This document shows, one piece after another, positions 43,508-52,533 of a stretch of 64,000 nucleotides of DNA. The position numbers and the translations under genes were made by a program. The stretch spans positions 29,723-93,722 of the forward strand of contig OZ246394.1 in assembly GCA_965230895.1 (NCBI GenBank), in the 5' to 3' direction. The notes under the pieces were generated by a model. The model saw only the letters and a program-made list of their open reading frames with translations. It was not told the DNA's origin and searched no databases. The stretch's first letter is position 1, and every line of letters starts with the position of its first letter. This DNA is from an uncultured Gammaproteobacteria bacterium (GTDB lineage Bacteria > Patescibacteriota > Microgenomatia > Levybacterales > UBA12049).

Positions 43508-43804
43508 ATGGCATTTAATCCATTTGGACAATTAGGTGAATTAAAGAAAATGCGTGACCAGGCTATGGCTATGCAGCGTGAACTCAAAGCTCAAGAAGTT
43601 GAAGTCAACAAAAAGGGTGTTTACGTTCGTATCAGTGGTGACCAGGAAATCCGCGAAATCAAAAGTAACGGTAAATCAGATAATGATATTAGAGAAGCTG
43701 TGAACGAAGCTGTTAAGAAATCACAAGAAGTAGCTGCAAAGAAACTTCAAGAGATGACTGGCGGTATGGGTGGACTTGGTAGTCTCCTCGGCGGCGGTAA
43801 ATAA
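43508..43804 (+). CDS. ybaB: nucleoid-associated protein YbaB/EbfC
   Basis: 99 aa with the typical MRDQAMAMQRELKAQEVEV... pattern. GAGGAGG RBS is upstream of the ATG at 43508. Classic dnaX-ybaB-recR neighbourhood. Confidence 0.8.
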   Translation: MAFNPFGQLGELKKMRDQAMAMQRELKAQEVEVNKKGVYVRISGDQEIREIKSNGKSDNDIREAVNEAVKKSQEVAAKKLQEMTGGMGGLGSLLGGGK

Positions 43805-43816
43805 TATTCCTAATCT

Positions 43817-44776
43817 ATGGCAAATCTCACAATTGATGAACCAATCTTATTGACTGGAACTTCACATGTTGGGTTAGCGCGCGATATAGCAAAGATTTTG
43901 AAGCTCGATCTACATGAGCCAATTTCTATATTCTCTGATGGAGAGATCAGAGTTCGTGTCACTCCAAACATGCGTCGTCGCCATGTCTTTATCATCCAAC
44001 CAACAGCACCAAACGTGAACGATAGTATCATGGAAGTGCTGTTCATGATTGATGCTGCAAAGCGTGCTTCTGCATCAGAAATTTCGGTTATTATCCCTTA
44101 TTTCTCATATTCACGACAGGATCGGAAAGAGATGCCGAGGGTCCCTATCAGTTCATCAGTTGTTGCTCAAATGATAGAGAACACAGGTGCTTCAAGAATT
44201 GTCACTGTCGATATCCATTCAGAGCAGCAACAAGGTTTTGTCCAAATCCCATGGGATAATTTGTATGGAAGTTATGCATTGCTTCCATTTATCAAATCAA
44301 AGAACTTAAACGATATGGTGGTTGCATCTCCTGACAAAGGTGGGTTGCTCAGAGCGACAAGCTATGCAAAAATGCTTGAAGCATCAGCTGTAGCGCTCGT
44401 TTACAAACAACGTGATGTGACACTCAACAATCAATCAAAAGCCTTGGCAATGATTGGTGATGTTAAAGATAAGCATGTAATTCTTGTCGACGACATGCTT
44501 GATACAGGAGGGACAATTGTTCATGCGGCTGACTTTCTTAAGAAAGAAGGAGCCAAAAGTATTCGTGTCGCAGTAACTCATGGACTTTTTTCAGGTGACG
44601 CAATGAAGAATATCACGAGTTCTGCAATCGATGAAGTGATCATTACAGATACTTTGGCGTTGCGAGCAGATGTCTCCAAAAATCCAAAAGTAAAAGTAGC
44701 GACAGTTGCTCCATTGATCGCTGAAGCAATAAAACGTCTTCGTACTGGCGAGTCAATTAGTAGTCTTATCTTTTAA
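43817..44776 (+). CDS. prs: ribose-phosphate pyrophosphokinase
   Basis: RRRHVFIIQPT, IPYFSYSRQDRK, and the PRPP-binding loop VILVDDMLDTGGT. Confidence 0.9.
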   Translation: MANLTIDEPILLTGTSHVGLARDIAKILKLDLHEPISIFSDGEIRVRVTPNMRRRHVFIIQPTAPNVNDSIMEVLFMIDAAKRASASEISVIIPYFSYSRQDRKEMPRVPISSSVVAQMIENTGASRIVTVDIHSEQQQGFVQIPWDNLYGSYALLPFIKSKNLNDMVVASPDKGGLLRATSYAKMLEASAVALVYKQRDVTLNNQSKALAMIGDVKDKHVILVDDMLDTGGTIVHAADFLKKEGAKSIRVAVTHGLFSGDAMKNITSSAIDEVIITDTLALRADVSKNPKVKVATVAPLIAEAIKRLRTGESISSLIF

Positions 44777-44778
44777 TT

Positions 44779-45384
44779 ATGAAAATTCCAAAAGCAATTC
44801 AACAAGTTGTTGAGAGTTTTGAACGGTTGCCGGGCATTGGTCCAAAGACTGCAGAACGTCTCACGTTCTATCTTTTACATGTTCCTCAGGGTGAGCTCGA
44901 TCGTTTTGCGAGATCAGTCCAAAACCTTCGAATTGGGACAGTTACTTGCTCGATATGTTTCAATGTCGGTGAGACTGATCCATGCGATGTTTGCTCAGAT
45001 CCACATCGTGATAAGTCTGTTGTCTGTGTTGTTGAACAACCCTTGGATGTGATTGCTTTGGAGAAGAGTAGGAAGTTTAAAGGACTTTATCATGTGCTTC
45101 ATGGAAAGATTGATCCGCTTAACAATATCGGTCCCGATGAACTGCGTATCCATGAATTAGTCGCTCGTATACAAAAATCTGATGAAATTACTGAAGTTAT
45201 TTTAGCAACCAATCCAACAATGGAAGGTGAGGCGACTGCCATGTATATGGCAAAGCAGCTCAAGTCTTTAAATCCTGATGTGAAGATTTCCAGAATTGGA
45301 CGAGGACTTCCGATTGGATCAGATATTGAATACGCAGACCCAACCACTCTCGAACGTGCCATGGAAGGCCGCAGTGAGTATTAA
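44779..45384 (+). CDS. recR: recombination protein RecR
   Basis: LPGIGPKTAERL helix-hairpin-helix, C4 zinc finger CSICFNV...CDVC, and a Toprim segment VCVVEQPLDVIALE. Confidence 0.9.
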   Translation: MKIPKAIQQVVESFERLPGIGPKTAERLTFYLLHVPQGELDRFARSVQNLRIGTVTCSICFNVGETDPCDVCSDPHRDKSVVCVVEQPLDVIALEKSRKFKGLYHVLHGKIDPLNNIGPDELRIHELVARIQKSDEITEVILATNPTMEGEATAMYMAKQLKSLNPDVKISRIGRGLPIGSDIEYADPTTLERAMEGRSEY

Positions 45385-45419
45385 TTTGTTTCTTGATCTA
45401 TTTATAGTATTATAAAGAT

Positions 45420-46010
45420 ATGGGATTTAATCCATTTCATTCCAACTCAGAAGGTTCCAGTTTTGAAGAAGGTAATCCAATTAATGCTGGACTCAAAAAG
45501 AAAGCTCAAGATGCGGGCAATCAAGCTTCACAACAAGCAAAGGCTACCAATCAAACCTTTGTTGACCAACTCTATGGGAACGTCTCTTCCTCAGATTCGC
45601 CAGAGAAATTAGATCCCGGTGCAGATCCTGCCCAAGCAGCAGCACAAATCCAAAAAGCAGCCAGTCCAAGTGGCCCGATGCCAGCTGTAAACCCTGGAGA
45701 GCAATCAAAGCTTGATGAGACAAGACAAAAGTTATTGGAATTACAAAAGCAGCATAAAGAGACTTATTTTGGTGCAACATTCGGTGAGGAAGCGCAACAA
45801 AAGCGAAGAGAGCGTGAAGAAGAAGAGAGACAACTGAAGGAGCAGGAAGAAGAAGAGCGATTACAACAAGAGGAAGAAGAAAAAGCACGACTTGCAGAGT
45901 CTTTGCAATCATTTCAATCTCATGGCAAAGGTCCGGATAATTTGGGAGCTCCAGTAGCAGTTACGCAAGCAAAGACTCGAACAGAAATTAATCGCGGAAC
46001 AAGCGGCTAA
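45420..46010 (+). CDS. hypothetical Glu/Gln-rich coiled-coil protein
   Basis: 196-aa ORF with a low-complexity E/Q/K-rich centre. No family motif recognised. Confidence 0.45.
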   Translation: MGFNPFHSNSEGSSFEEGNPINAGLKKKAQDAGNQASQQAKATNQTFVDQLYGNVSSSDSPEKLDPGADPAQAAAQIQKAASPSGPMPAVNPGEQSKLDETRQKLLELQKQHKETYFGATFGEEAQQKRREREEEERQLKEQEEEERLQQEEEEKARLAESLQSFQSHGKGPDNLGAPVAVTQAKTRTEINRGTSG

Positions 46011-46160
46011 CCCAGCCTTTTCCTATATTGACAAGCTTTTAGGAAATGATACACTCAACTTAATATATGGAATCCATCACAATTCATTCTCTCATTTGCA
46101 TTACAAATCTTCCACCAGGAAGGGTTTTATAGTGCAATGTAAATCAAGTTGTCTATAATA

Positions 46161-46185
46161 CCCTCCTAAATATGGAGGGTTTTTT
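46161..46185 (+). terminator. intrinsic terminator-like hairpin
   Basis: CCCTCC-taaatat-GGAGGG followed by TTTTT. It lies 150 nt after the stop at 46010 and 13 nt before the ATG at 46198. TATAAT at 46154-46159 lies immediately upstream. Confidence 0.45.
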
Positions 46186-46197
46186 GTAAGAAGAATT

Positions 46198-46956
46198 ATG
46201 GCCGAAAGACCACGACCACAATCTAAAGGCGGTGAATTTAATAGTATCGTTCGTGACTTTTATGACGATCCTACGAAACTTAAACAAGTTCGAGATATAG
46301 AACGCGGATTTGGAAGATATGGTGAAAAAATAAATAAGCAGCTTTCGGGATTACAAGCTGAGCGTATTGGTAGAGTACATGGTGCCCCGTTATTATCTGA
46401 AGCAGGAAATGCGGATAATGCATATTTTGGGATTATGCTTGCAATTCCATTAACTGACGAGACTGTTACCGGACATGATAAGCGTGTTTTATTAGTAGTT
46501 CCTCATGGTAATGAGAATGTTTACGCAACTATTCGGCCTTTAAAATCTCATAATCCGGATGAGGCCGAACAACGTCTAGAAGATGAGCTTTATCTCCAAG
46601 CATTCGATGCACGGTATACGCCGTCGGAAGATACTTATCTACACCCTGATTGGAGACCTGATTTTGGTAAAACAGCGTATGAAACAGTAGTACGACGTCA
46701 GGATGAACTCTTTATGAAGATTGAATCTCAGGCATCCGAAAGGAAAAAAGATATGGTACTTTCTACGGCAGTGGCTACTGCACGGATAATCAAAAACAGG
46801 CGTATTGCAACAGATGATACAAGCTTGGAAAAATTACTTGGTGAAGATGTACTAATCGAGCTCACGGTCTTAAGTGATAATTTTGATTCAATTGGAAGAG
46901 AAGAAAGAATTATCTGGGAGAATGATATGCGTAACAGTGGCTTGGATGCTGCTTAA
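46198..46956 (+). CDS. hypothetical protein
   Basis: 252-aa ORF with no recognisable motif. Confidence 0.5.
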   Translation: MAERPRPQSKGGEFNSIVRDFYDDPTKLKQVRDIERGFGRYGEKINKQLSGLQAERIGRVHGAPLLSEAGNADNAYFGIMLAIPLTDETVTGHDKRVLLVVPHGNENVYATIRPLKSHNPDEAEQRLEDELYLQAFDARYTPSEDTYLHPDWRPDFGKTAYETVVRRQDELFMKIESQASERKKDMVLSTAVATARIIKNRRIATDDTSLEKLLGEDVLIELTVLSDNFDSIGREERIIWENDMRNSGLDAA

Positions 46957-46998
46957 TTGACCTCCAGTTCTTTGCCATTCTGCTAGGTTCAATGTATA

Positions 46999-48432
46999 AT
47001 GCAAGATATGCTTAAGTTATACAATTCACTCGGACGTAAAGTAGAAGATTTTAAACCGATTCATCCATTGCAAGTTGGCATGTACACTTGTGGCCCGACA
47101 GTTTATTCATTTGCACATATTGGTAATTTCCGTACGTATACCTCAGCAGATCTTTTGCTTCGCGTTCTCAAATACAATGGATACGATGTGAAATATATCA
47201 TGAATCTCACAGATGTCGGTCATTTAACTGGTGACAATCTCGGTGATGCAGATCTTGGAGAAGATCGCATGGAGAAGGCAGCTGAGAAGGAAGGCAAAAC
47301 AGCATGGGAAGTGGCGCAATTCTATAGTGAGGTCTTTATCGAGGATTTCGGTAAGTTAAACCTCCAGAAGCCGCAGAAGTTTGCAAAGGCAACAGATCAC
47401 ATCAAAGAACAAATTGATCTAGTCAAACGGCTTGAAGAAAATGGCTATACGTATGAAACTTCTGACGGCATCTATTTTGATACTTCAATGTTTCCTCAAT
47501 ATGGTGAACTTTCAAATCTTGATGAGATTAAAGCAGGAGCGCGCGTCGAAATAAATCCTGAAAAGAAGAACCAACGTGATTTCGCACTCTGGAAATTTAG
47601 CCCTCCAGCTGACTCAGGGATCAAAAGACAAATGGAATGGAAGAGTCCATGGGGTAAGGGTTTTCCTGGCTGGCACATCGAATGTTCTGCAATGAGTATG
47701 AAATATCTTGGAGAGACTTTTGATATCCACACTGGTGGTATTGATCTTCGTGAAACACATCATCCAAACGAAATTGCTCAAGCGGAAGCTGCAACAGGGA
47801 AGAAATTTGTGAATTACTGGATGCATGGCGCATTTATTCTCGTGAATGGTGAGCGCATGAGTAAGAGTAAAGGTAATTTATATACTGTTTATGATCTCGA
47901 AAAAGAAAATTATGATGTATTGGCATTACGATATTTGTATCTTCAAACCCATTATCGCCAGGAAATGAATTTCACTTTCCAGGCTTTGGATGCAGCGCAG
48001 AATGCATATAAAAAATTAGTTATAGAAATTAGCAAATGGGAAGATGCGAATTTTGATAGTGGAGCTGTCCCAGCAGGTGACTTAAAAGAGTTTGAAGAAA
48101 AATTTCTCGATGCAATTAATGATGACCTTAACATGTCCAAAGCGCTTGCTGTGGTATGGGAATTAGTAAAAGCTGATATCCCAAGTGGAGCAAAGGCAAA
48201 GTTACTCTTTAAATTCGATAACGTGCTTGGCTTAAATTTGAAAGAACTCAGTGAGCAAGTCAGATTGGCACAAGGATCAGTTCCTGGACATATTCAACAT
48301 ATGGTTGAAGAGCGACAAAGACTTCGTAAGCAACATCAATTTAACGCAGCAGATAAACTCCGTGCTGATATAGAAAAACTTGGTTATATCATTGAAGATT
48401 CTCCAAAAGGGATGAAAGTTCGAAAGAAGTAA
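46999..48432 (+). CDS. cysS: cysteinyl-tRNA synthetase
   Basis: MYTCGPTVYSFAHIGNFRTY (HIGH motif), GWHIECSAM zinc site, and RMSKSKGN (KMSKS). Confidence 0.95.
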   Translation: MQDMLKLYNSLGRKVEDFKPIHPLQVGMYTCGPTVYSFAHIGNFRTYTSADLLLRVLKYNGYDVKYIMNLTDVGHLTGDNLGDADLGEDRMEKAAEKEGKTAWEVAQFYSEVFIEDFGKLNLQKPQKFAKATDHIKEQIDLVKRLEENGYTYETSDGIYFDTSMFPQYGELSNLDEIKAGARVEINPEKKNQRDFALWKFSPPADSGIKRQMEWKSPWGKGFPGWHIECSAMSMKYLGETFDIHTGGIDLRETHHPNEIAQAEAATGKKFVNYWMHGAFILVNGERMSKSKGNLYTVYDLEKENYDVLALRYLYLQTHYRQEMNFTFQALDAAQNAYKKLVIEISKWEDANFDSGAVPAGDLKEFEEKFLDAINDDLNMSKALAVVWELVKADIPSGAKAKLLFKFDNVLGLNLKELSEQVRLAQGSVPGHIQHMVEERQRLRKQHQFNAADKLRADIEKLGYIIEDSPKGMKVRKK

Positions 48433-48433
48433 T

Positions 48434-48754
48434 TTAAACCTTCCGCTTCGCTGCGATCAAAAAGCTGATAAAGAAATAAATTAAAAGTAATTGCCAAAAA
48501 AGTATTGAGATAAATGTCGTGCTCAAAAAGAGTGCAACTGCTTCTCGTTGCATTCCATAAACCACAATAAGAAGCGATCCAATTTTTGCAGTCAGGAACA
48601 GCAGTGCAACTGCAATCAATGGTGAAAAAATAACCGGGATAAGTACAGGCCTATGGACTGTATCTTTAATAGATTTATACGGAGTGAATGTCAGCCCCAA
48701 AAGCATTTTCGTCCAGATAAAACTGGCGTAAATAATAAAAGCTCTTTTTCTCAT
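48434..48754 (-). CDS. small multi-pass membrane protein (third gene of the ECF sigma module)
   Basis: The start at 48754 gives an ATGA overlap with the upstream ORF. There are three hydrophobic segments. The longer ORF-track start at 48859 would overlap the upstream gene by 109 nt. Confidence 0.4.
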   Translation of the reverse strand: MRKRAFIIYASFIWTKMLLGLTFTPYKSIKDTVHRPVLIPVIFSPLIAVALLFLTAKIGSLLIVVYGMQREAVALFLSTTFISILFWQLLLIYFFISFLIAAKRKV

Positions 48755-48981
48755 ATAATTCCTCTGAACAATCTTAGAATAAAATCTGTGTACGAAGTTC
48801 CTCCAATAGCCCTTAATAAAAGCGAAATAAGAAATGCCAAGGGAATGAGGAAGCGCCATGGATGATAGCTAAGCCATTCAATGACAAACTTAAAAAACTT
48901 CGGGAAGGGAACAACTTTCATTGCCTGTTCTTGTTCGCGTGCTCGATTCTGGAGTTTCAATAAAAATTCACGCTCGTTCAT
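48751..48981 (-). CDS. putative anti-sigma factor (single-pass membrane protein)
   Basis: 76 aa immediately downstream of, and overlapping, the ECF sigma gene. It has one TM helix (WRFLIPLAFLISLLLRAIG). The call is by position only. Confidence 0.35.
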   Translation of the reverse strand: MNEREFLLKLQNRAREQEQAMKVVPFPKFFKFVIEWLSYHPWRFLIPLAFLISLLLRAIGGTSYTDFILRLFRGII

Positions 48982-49501
48982 AGGATTTCATAAAACTTTG
49001 CCGTGCGCGATACAAACGTGACTCAGTCGCTTTATCAGACATATGGAGTGCAAGTGCGATTGCTTTGATGGACATCTCATCTTCATAATGCATTCGTAAT
49101 ATCTGCTGATAATGTGTGGCAATACTTAAAAATGCTGCTTCGATTCTGTCACGGATTTTGTTCTTCTCCATCTGGAATTCAGGTTGACTGATCTCATTGG
49201 CAATGATCGACAGATATGGCATTTGGGAGAACAAGAATGATTTAATCTTTCTTTTGCGATAAAAATCCGCGGTTTTATTTGAAGCGATTTTATAAAGCCA
49301 TGCTTGGACATTTGCCTCTTTTTGTAATGTAGGCAAAGCATCGACTGCTTCAAGAAAGACATCATTTAAGATTTCTTGCGCATCTTCACCTTGCGGTAAC
49401 TTATTCTTCAAAAACCGCAATATTCGAGGAGAATAAAAGTTATAGAAGGCTATAACAGCCTGCTCATCTCCTTGGAGCACCTTGTTAATTAATGAGCTCA
49501 T
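48968..49501 (-). CDS. ECF-type RNA polymerase sigma factor (chromosomal, no island leader)
   Basis: Region 2: EDAQEILNDVFLEA...AWLYKIASNKTADFYRKRK. Region 4: MSIKAIALALHMSDKATESRLYRARQSF. Start set at MSSLINK (49501) to avoid overlap with the divergent gene. Confidence 0.75.
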   Translation of the reverse strand: MSSLINKVLQGDEQAVIAFYNFYSPRILRFLKNKLPQGEDAQEILNDVFLEAVDALPTLQKEANVQAWLYKIASNKTADFYRKRKIKSFLFSQMPYLSIIANEISQPEFQMEKNKIRDRIEAAFLSIATHYQQILRMHYEDEMSIKAIALALHMSDKATESRLYRARQSFMKSYERA

Positions 49502-49564
49502 GCTGACATTATAAGTAAAAACGAATGATTTAGCAAAAAAGTACGACTTATTAAGTAATCGTTT

Positions 49565-50335
49565 ATGAAGCATATATATTGCATAAAGCTTGGTGGCTCA
49601 ATCATAACCGATAAAGCCAAGCCATATACTGCTCAGGTCGGTACAATCCGAAAGATTGCCAAGGTGCTTAAAAAGGTGAAGCAGCCAATTATTATTGCGC
49701 ATGGAAGTGGGAGCTTTGGTCATACTTCCGCGCGAACGTATGGTGGCAAGACTGGGTATACAGATCGATGGGGCATCGCAAAAGTTGCACGAGATGCCCA
49801 AGAAATAAATCGAATTGTTATGGATATTTTCATCGAAGAGGGAATTCCTGCAATTTCTTTTAGTCCAAGAAGTATGATACTTACTGAAAGAGCCAATGTT
49901 CACGAAGTCTTTTTTCAAACATTGAGGGAGTCTCTCGATCAAGGTCTCATACCGGTTGTGTATGGCGATGTCATTTGGGACAGGTCACAGAAGACAACAA
50001 TCTTTTCAGGAGAAACCATTCTTAATGCTATTTGCCAATATCTGCAAAGACACGATTATGCAGTGTCTCGCATAATTCAGCTCTGTAATGTCGATGGCGT
50101 TCTCGATACACAGCAAAAAATTGTTCCTGAGATTACGAAAGAGAATTGGCTGGCTGTCCAAAAGTATTTTCAAGAAATTACCGTGGCAGATGTGACTGGA
50201 GGAATGAAGCACAAAGTTGAAGATGCCTTGGCATTATCAACATATGGGATAGAGACAATTCTTATTAATGCGAAAACATCTCGATTGCGTGCTGCAATCA
50301 ACGGAAAATCCACAGAAGGGACAATCATCAGATAA
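49565..50335 (+). CDS. isopentenyl phosphate kinase (amino-acid kinase fold)
   Basis: IKLGGSIITDK N-terminal motif and IIAHGSGSFGH, with the conserved His of IPKs. Length is 256 aa. idi and uppS are neighbours. Confidence 0.65.
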   Translation: MKHIYCIKLGGSIITDKAKPYTAQVGTIRKIAKVLKKVKQPIIIAHGSGSFGHTSARTYGGKTGYTDRWGIAKVARDAQEINRIVMDIFIEEGIPAISFSPRSMILTERANVHEVFFQTLRESLDQGLIPVVYGDVIWDRSQKTTIFSGETILNAICQYLQRHDYAVSRIIQLCNVDGVLDTQQKIVPEITKENWLAVQKYFQEITVADVTGGMKHKVEDALALSTYGIETILINAKTSRLRAAINGKSTEGTIIR

Positions 50336-51015
50336 TGTCAGTATCAGCAATTGAAGGGCTTAGAACTCCATTCTTCGAACAACAACAAGCAGAGCAAACT
50401 GTTATTGGTATTGGCGTTGTAATCGTTCTTAAGAATTTGGCTGAACTTGAAGATGAGCAATTACAGATTCTGGCAGTGAGGCAAAAAGAAGCAAAGCCAG
50501 AGACAGGAAGAGTTGCTGGAAGTTTATCAATTATCCAGGAAACGATAACAGTCGATCCAATAAATGGAGTTCCTGAAACTCCCAAGGATACATTGATAGG
50601 AGCAATGGACGAAGTGATTGATGAAAGGGGTGTCCGTGCTGTTGGTCATCACTTCCATAGAGTTGGGTATGATGCAAGGCCAGAGATTCCATTGCTTTCA
50701 CTTCCCGGAAGAGCTGGAGGGTTAGAGGTTGTAGTCTTTGATGGTCCCGCTCATTATGCTTTCAATCCTGCGGAAAAGCAAGAAATTGATGGAGCACCTC
50801 AATGGGTACGCGTTGGGAGTTTTCTTGATGAGCCAACGGCGAGAGATACATCGTTGGAGCTTTTAGGATATGCCGCTGGTAAGCGTCTTCTTACGGAAGG
50901 GATAAGAAAGCATGCAGTGGGTTTCACTGAACCAGTTTTTCCAGAAGGTCATCAATTTGACCAAGTTAGAGCTGCAAGATCGAAGCGACCAGATATAACC
51001 AAATTTAGAAAATAA
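50335..51015 (+). CDS. hypothetical protein between IPK and IDI (possibly divergent Nudix-like)
   Basis: 226-aa ORF with ATGA coupling to IPK. GAMDEVIDERGV weakly resembles the REx2EExG part of a Nudix box. Not convincing. Confidence 0.4.
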   Translation: MSVSAIEGLRTPFFEQQQAEQTVIGIGVVIVLKNLAELEDEQLQILAVRQKEAKPETGRVAGSLSIIQETITVDPINGVPETPKDTLIGAMDEVIDERGVRAVGHHFHRVGYDARPEIPLLSLPGRAGGLEVVVFDGPAHYAFNPAEKQEIDGAPQWVRVGSFLDEPTARDTSLELLGYAAGKRLLTEGIRKHAVGFTEPVFPEGHQFDQVRAARSKRPDITKFRK

Positions 51016-51018
51016 ACT

Positions 51019-51555
51019 ATGACTGAAGAATTAATTGTATTAGTGAATGATAAGAATGAAGAGGTTGGTACGATGCCAAAGCTTGCAGCGCATAATGCCA
51101 ATACTCCTTTGCATCGTGCTTTTTCCTGTTATGTTTTTAATAGAAATGGAGATTTTCTTTTGACACAACGTGCCTTGATCAAAAAGGTCTGGCCAGGAAT
51201 ATGGACAAATAGTTGCTGTGGTCATCCTGGACTAGGGGAGGCAACTGAAGATGCTGTGAAGAGACGATTAGATTATGAGTTGGGATTGGTTCCATCAAGT
51301 CTCAAATTGGTTCTCCCAGATTTCCGCTACAAAACAGAATTGAATGGTATCGTCGAAAATGAAATTTGCCCAGTTTACATCACTCGAATTACTACTGAAC
51401 CAAAACCAAATCCTGAAGAAGTTGAAGCATATCGTTGGATACCTTGGGAGGAATATATACAGGAAGTTACGAAGAATCCAGAGGGATACTCATATTGGTC
51501 GGTCAAGCAAGTAGAGCAATTGAAAGAATTACCAATTTTACAAAAACTTATATGA
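51019..51555 (+). CDS. idi: isopentenyl-diphosphate delta-isomerase, type 1 (Nudix fold)
   Basis: HRAFSCYVFN, WPGIWTNSCCGHP and ENEICPVY match the IDI-1 catalytic Cys/Glu motifs. Confidence 0.85.
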   Translation: MTEELIVLVNDKNEEVGTMPKLAAHNANTPLHRAFSCYVFNRNGDFLLTQRALIKKVWPGIWTNSCCGHPGLGEATEDAVKRRLDYELGLVPSSLKLVLPDFRYKTELNGIVENEICPVYITRITTEPKPNPEEVEAYRWIPWEEYIQEVTKNPEGYSYWSVKQVEQLKELPILQKLI

Positions 51556-52232
51556 TACAACACGTAGCATTTATCATGGACGGAAATAGACGCTGGGCAA
51601 AAGAAAAGCATTTGCCTACGTTGATTGGTCATAAAAAAGGATATGAAAATATAGAAAAAATTGTTGATCATGCATTACTCAAGGGGATAAAGCACGTAAC
51701 TTTTTGGGCATTCTCTACTGAGAATTGGAATCGAGAAAAAAAGGAAGTTGACTACCTGATGAATCTTTTCCGTGAACTTTTCGCTGGAAGAATGCTACAG
51801 AAAATTTTGAAGAAAGGTGGCAAAATACAAGTTCTTGGTGATATGACGGCCTTCCCTGAGGATATCCAAAAAGATACCCAAAAAGTTCTGGACCAGTCAA
51901 AAGATAATGACGCAATTACTATAAACATTGCGCTCAATTATGGAGGTCGTGCAGAAATACTTAAAGCTGTTAAAGAAATTGCTACAGAAAGGTTAGATTT
52001 ATCAGATATAAATGAAAAAACGTTTTCGCAATATTTATATACGAAAGATCAACCTGACCCGGATCTCCTTATCAGAACCGGTGGTGAACAACGATTAAGT
52101 GGATATTTACCTTGGCAAAGTATTTATAGCGAACTTTACTTCACAGACAAGTATTGGCCTGAATTTGACGAAAAAGCTTTCGATGAAGCATTAGAAGAAT
52201 TCTCCCGTCGGGAAAGACGATTCGGCAAATAG
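51552..52232 (+). CDS. uppS: undecaprenyl (di-trans,poly-cis-polyprenyl) diphosphate synthase
   Basis: HVAFIMDGNRRWAKEK and RTGGEQRLSGYLPWQSIYSELYF, ending ...RRFGK. The start at 51552 (ATGA overlap with idi) is preferred over the ORF-track start at 51435. Confidence 0.9.
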   Translation: MIQHVAFIMDGNRRWAKEKHLPTLIGHKKGYENIEKIVDHALLKGIKHVTFWAFSTENWNREKKEVDYLMNLFRELFAGRMLQKILKKGGKIQVLGDMTAFPEDIQKDTQKVLDQSKDNDAITINIALNYGGRAEILKAVKEIATERLDLSDINEKTFSQYLYTKDQPDPDLLIRTGGEQRLSGYLPWQSIYSELYFTDKYWPEFDEKAFDEALEEFSRRERRFGK

Positions 52233-52310
52233 TCTTTCTTCCTCCTTACATATTTTTATTTCCACTCTTACGGTTGAGATTTATCCTTACAATAGAAAGG
52301 AGGTGATAGT

Positions 52311-52496
52311 ATGCCAAAATATGGTAAAAAAGCGCAAGAGAAAGTGCATGAAGTAATGGATGAATATAAAAAAGGTGAATTGAAAAGTGGCCCAAATGGG
52401 AAAGGCGGTAAAGTTACAAACCGCAAACAAGCCGTTGCCATCGGACTTTCAGAAGCTCGTAAGAAGGGAGCAAAAGTTCCTCAAAACAAAAAGTAA
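52311..52496 (+). CDS. small conserved basic protein
   Basis: 61 aa with a strong AAAGGAGG RBS. The Lys-rich sequence ends ...RKQAVAIGLSEARKKGAKVP. Confidence 0.5.
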   Translation: MPKYGKKAQEKVHEVMDEYKKGELKSGPNGKGGKVTNRKQAVAIGLSEARKKGAKVPQNKK

Positions 52497-52533
52497 CTTG
52501 AATCCTTAACGAATCCTCAGTATACTTTGGACT

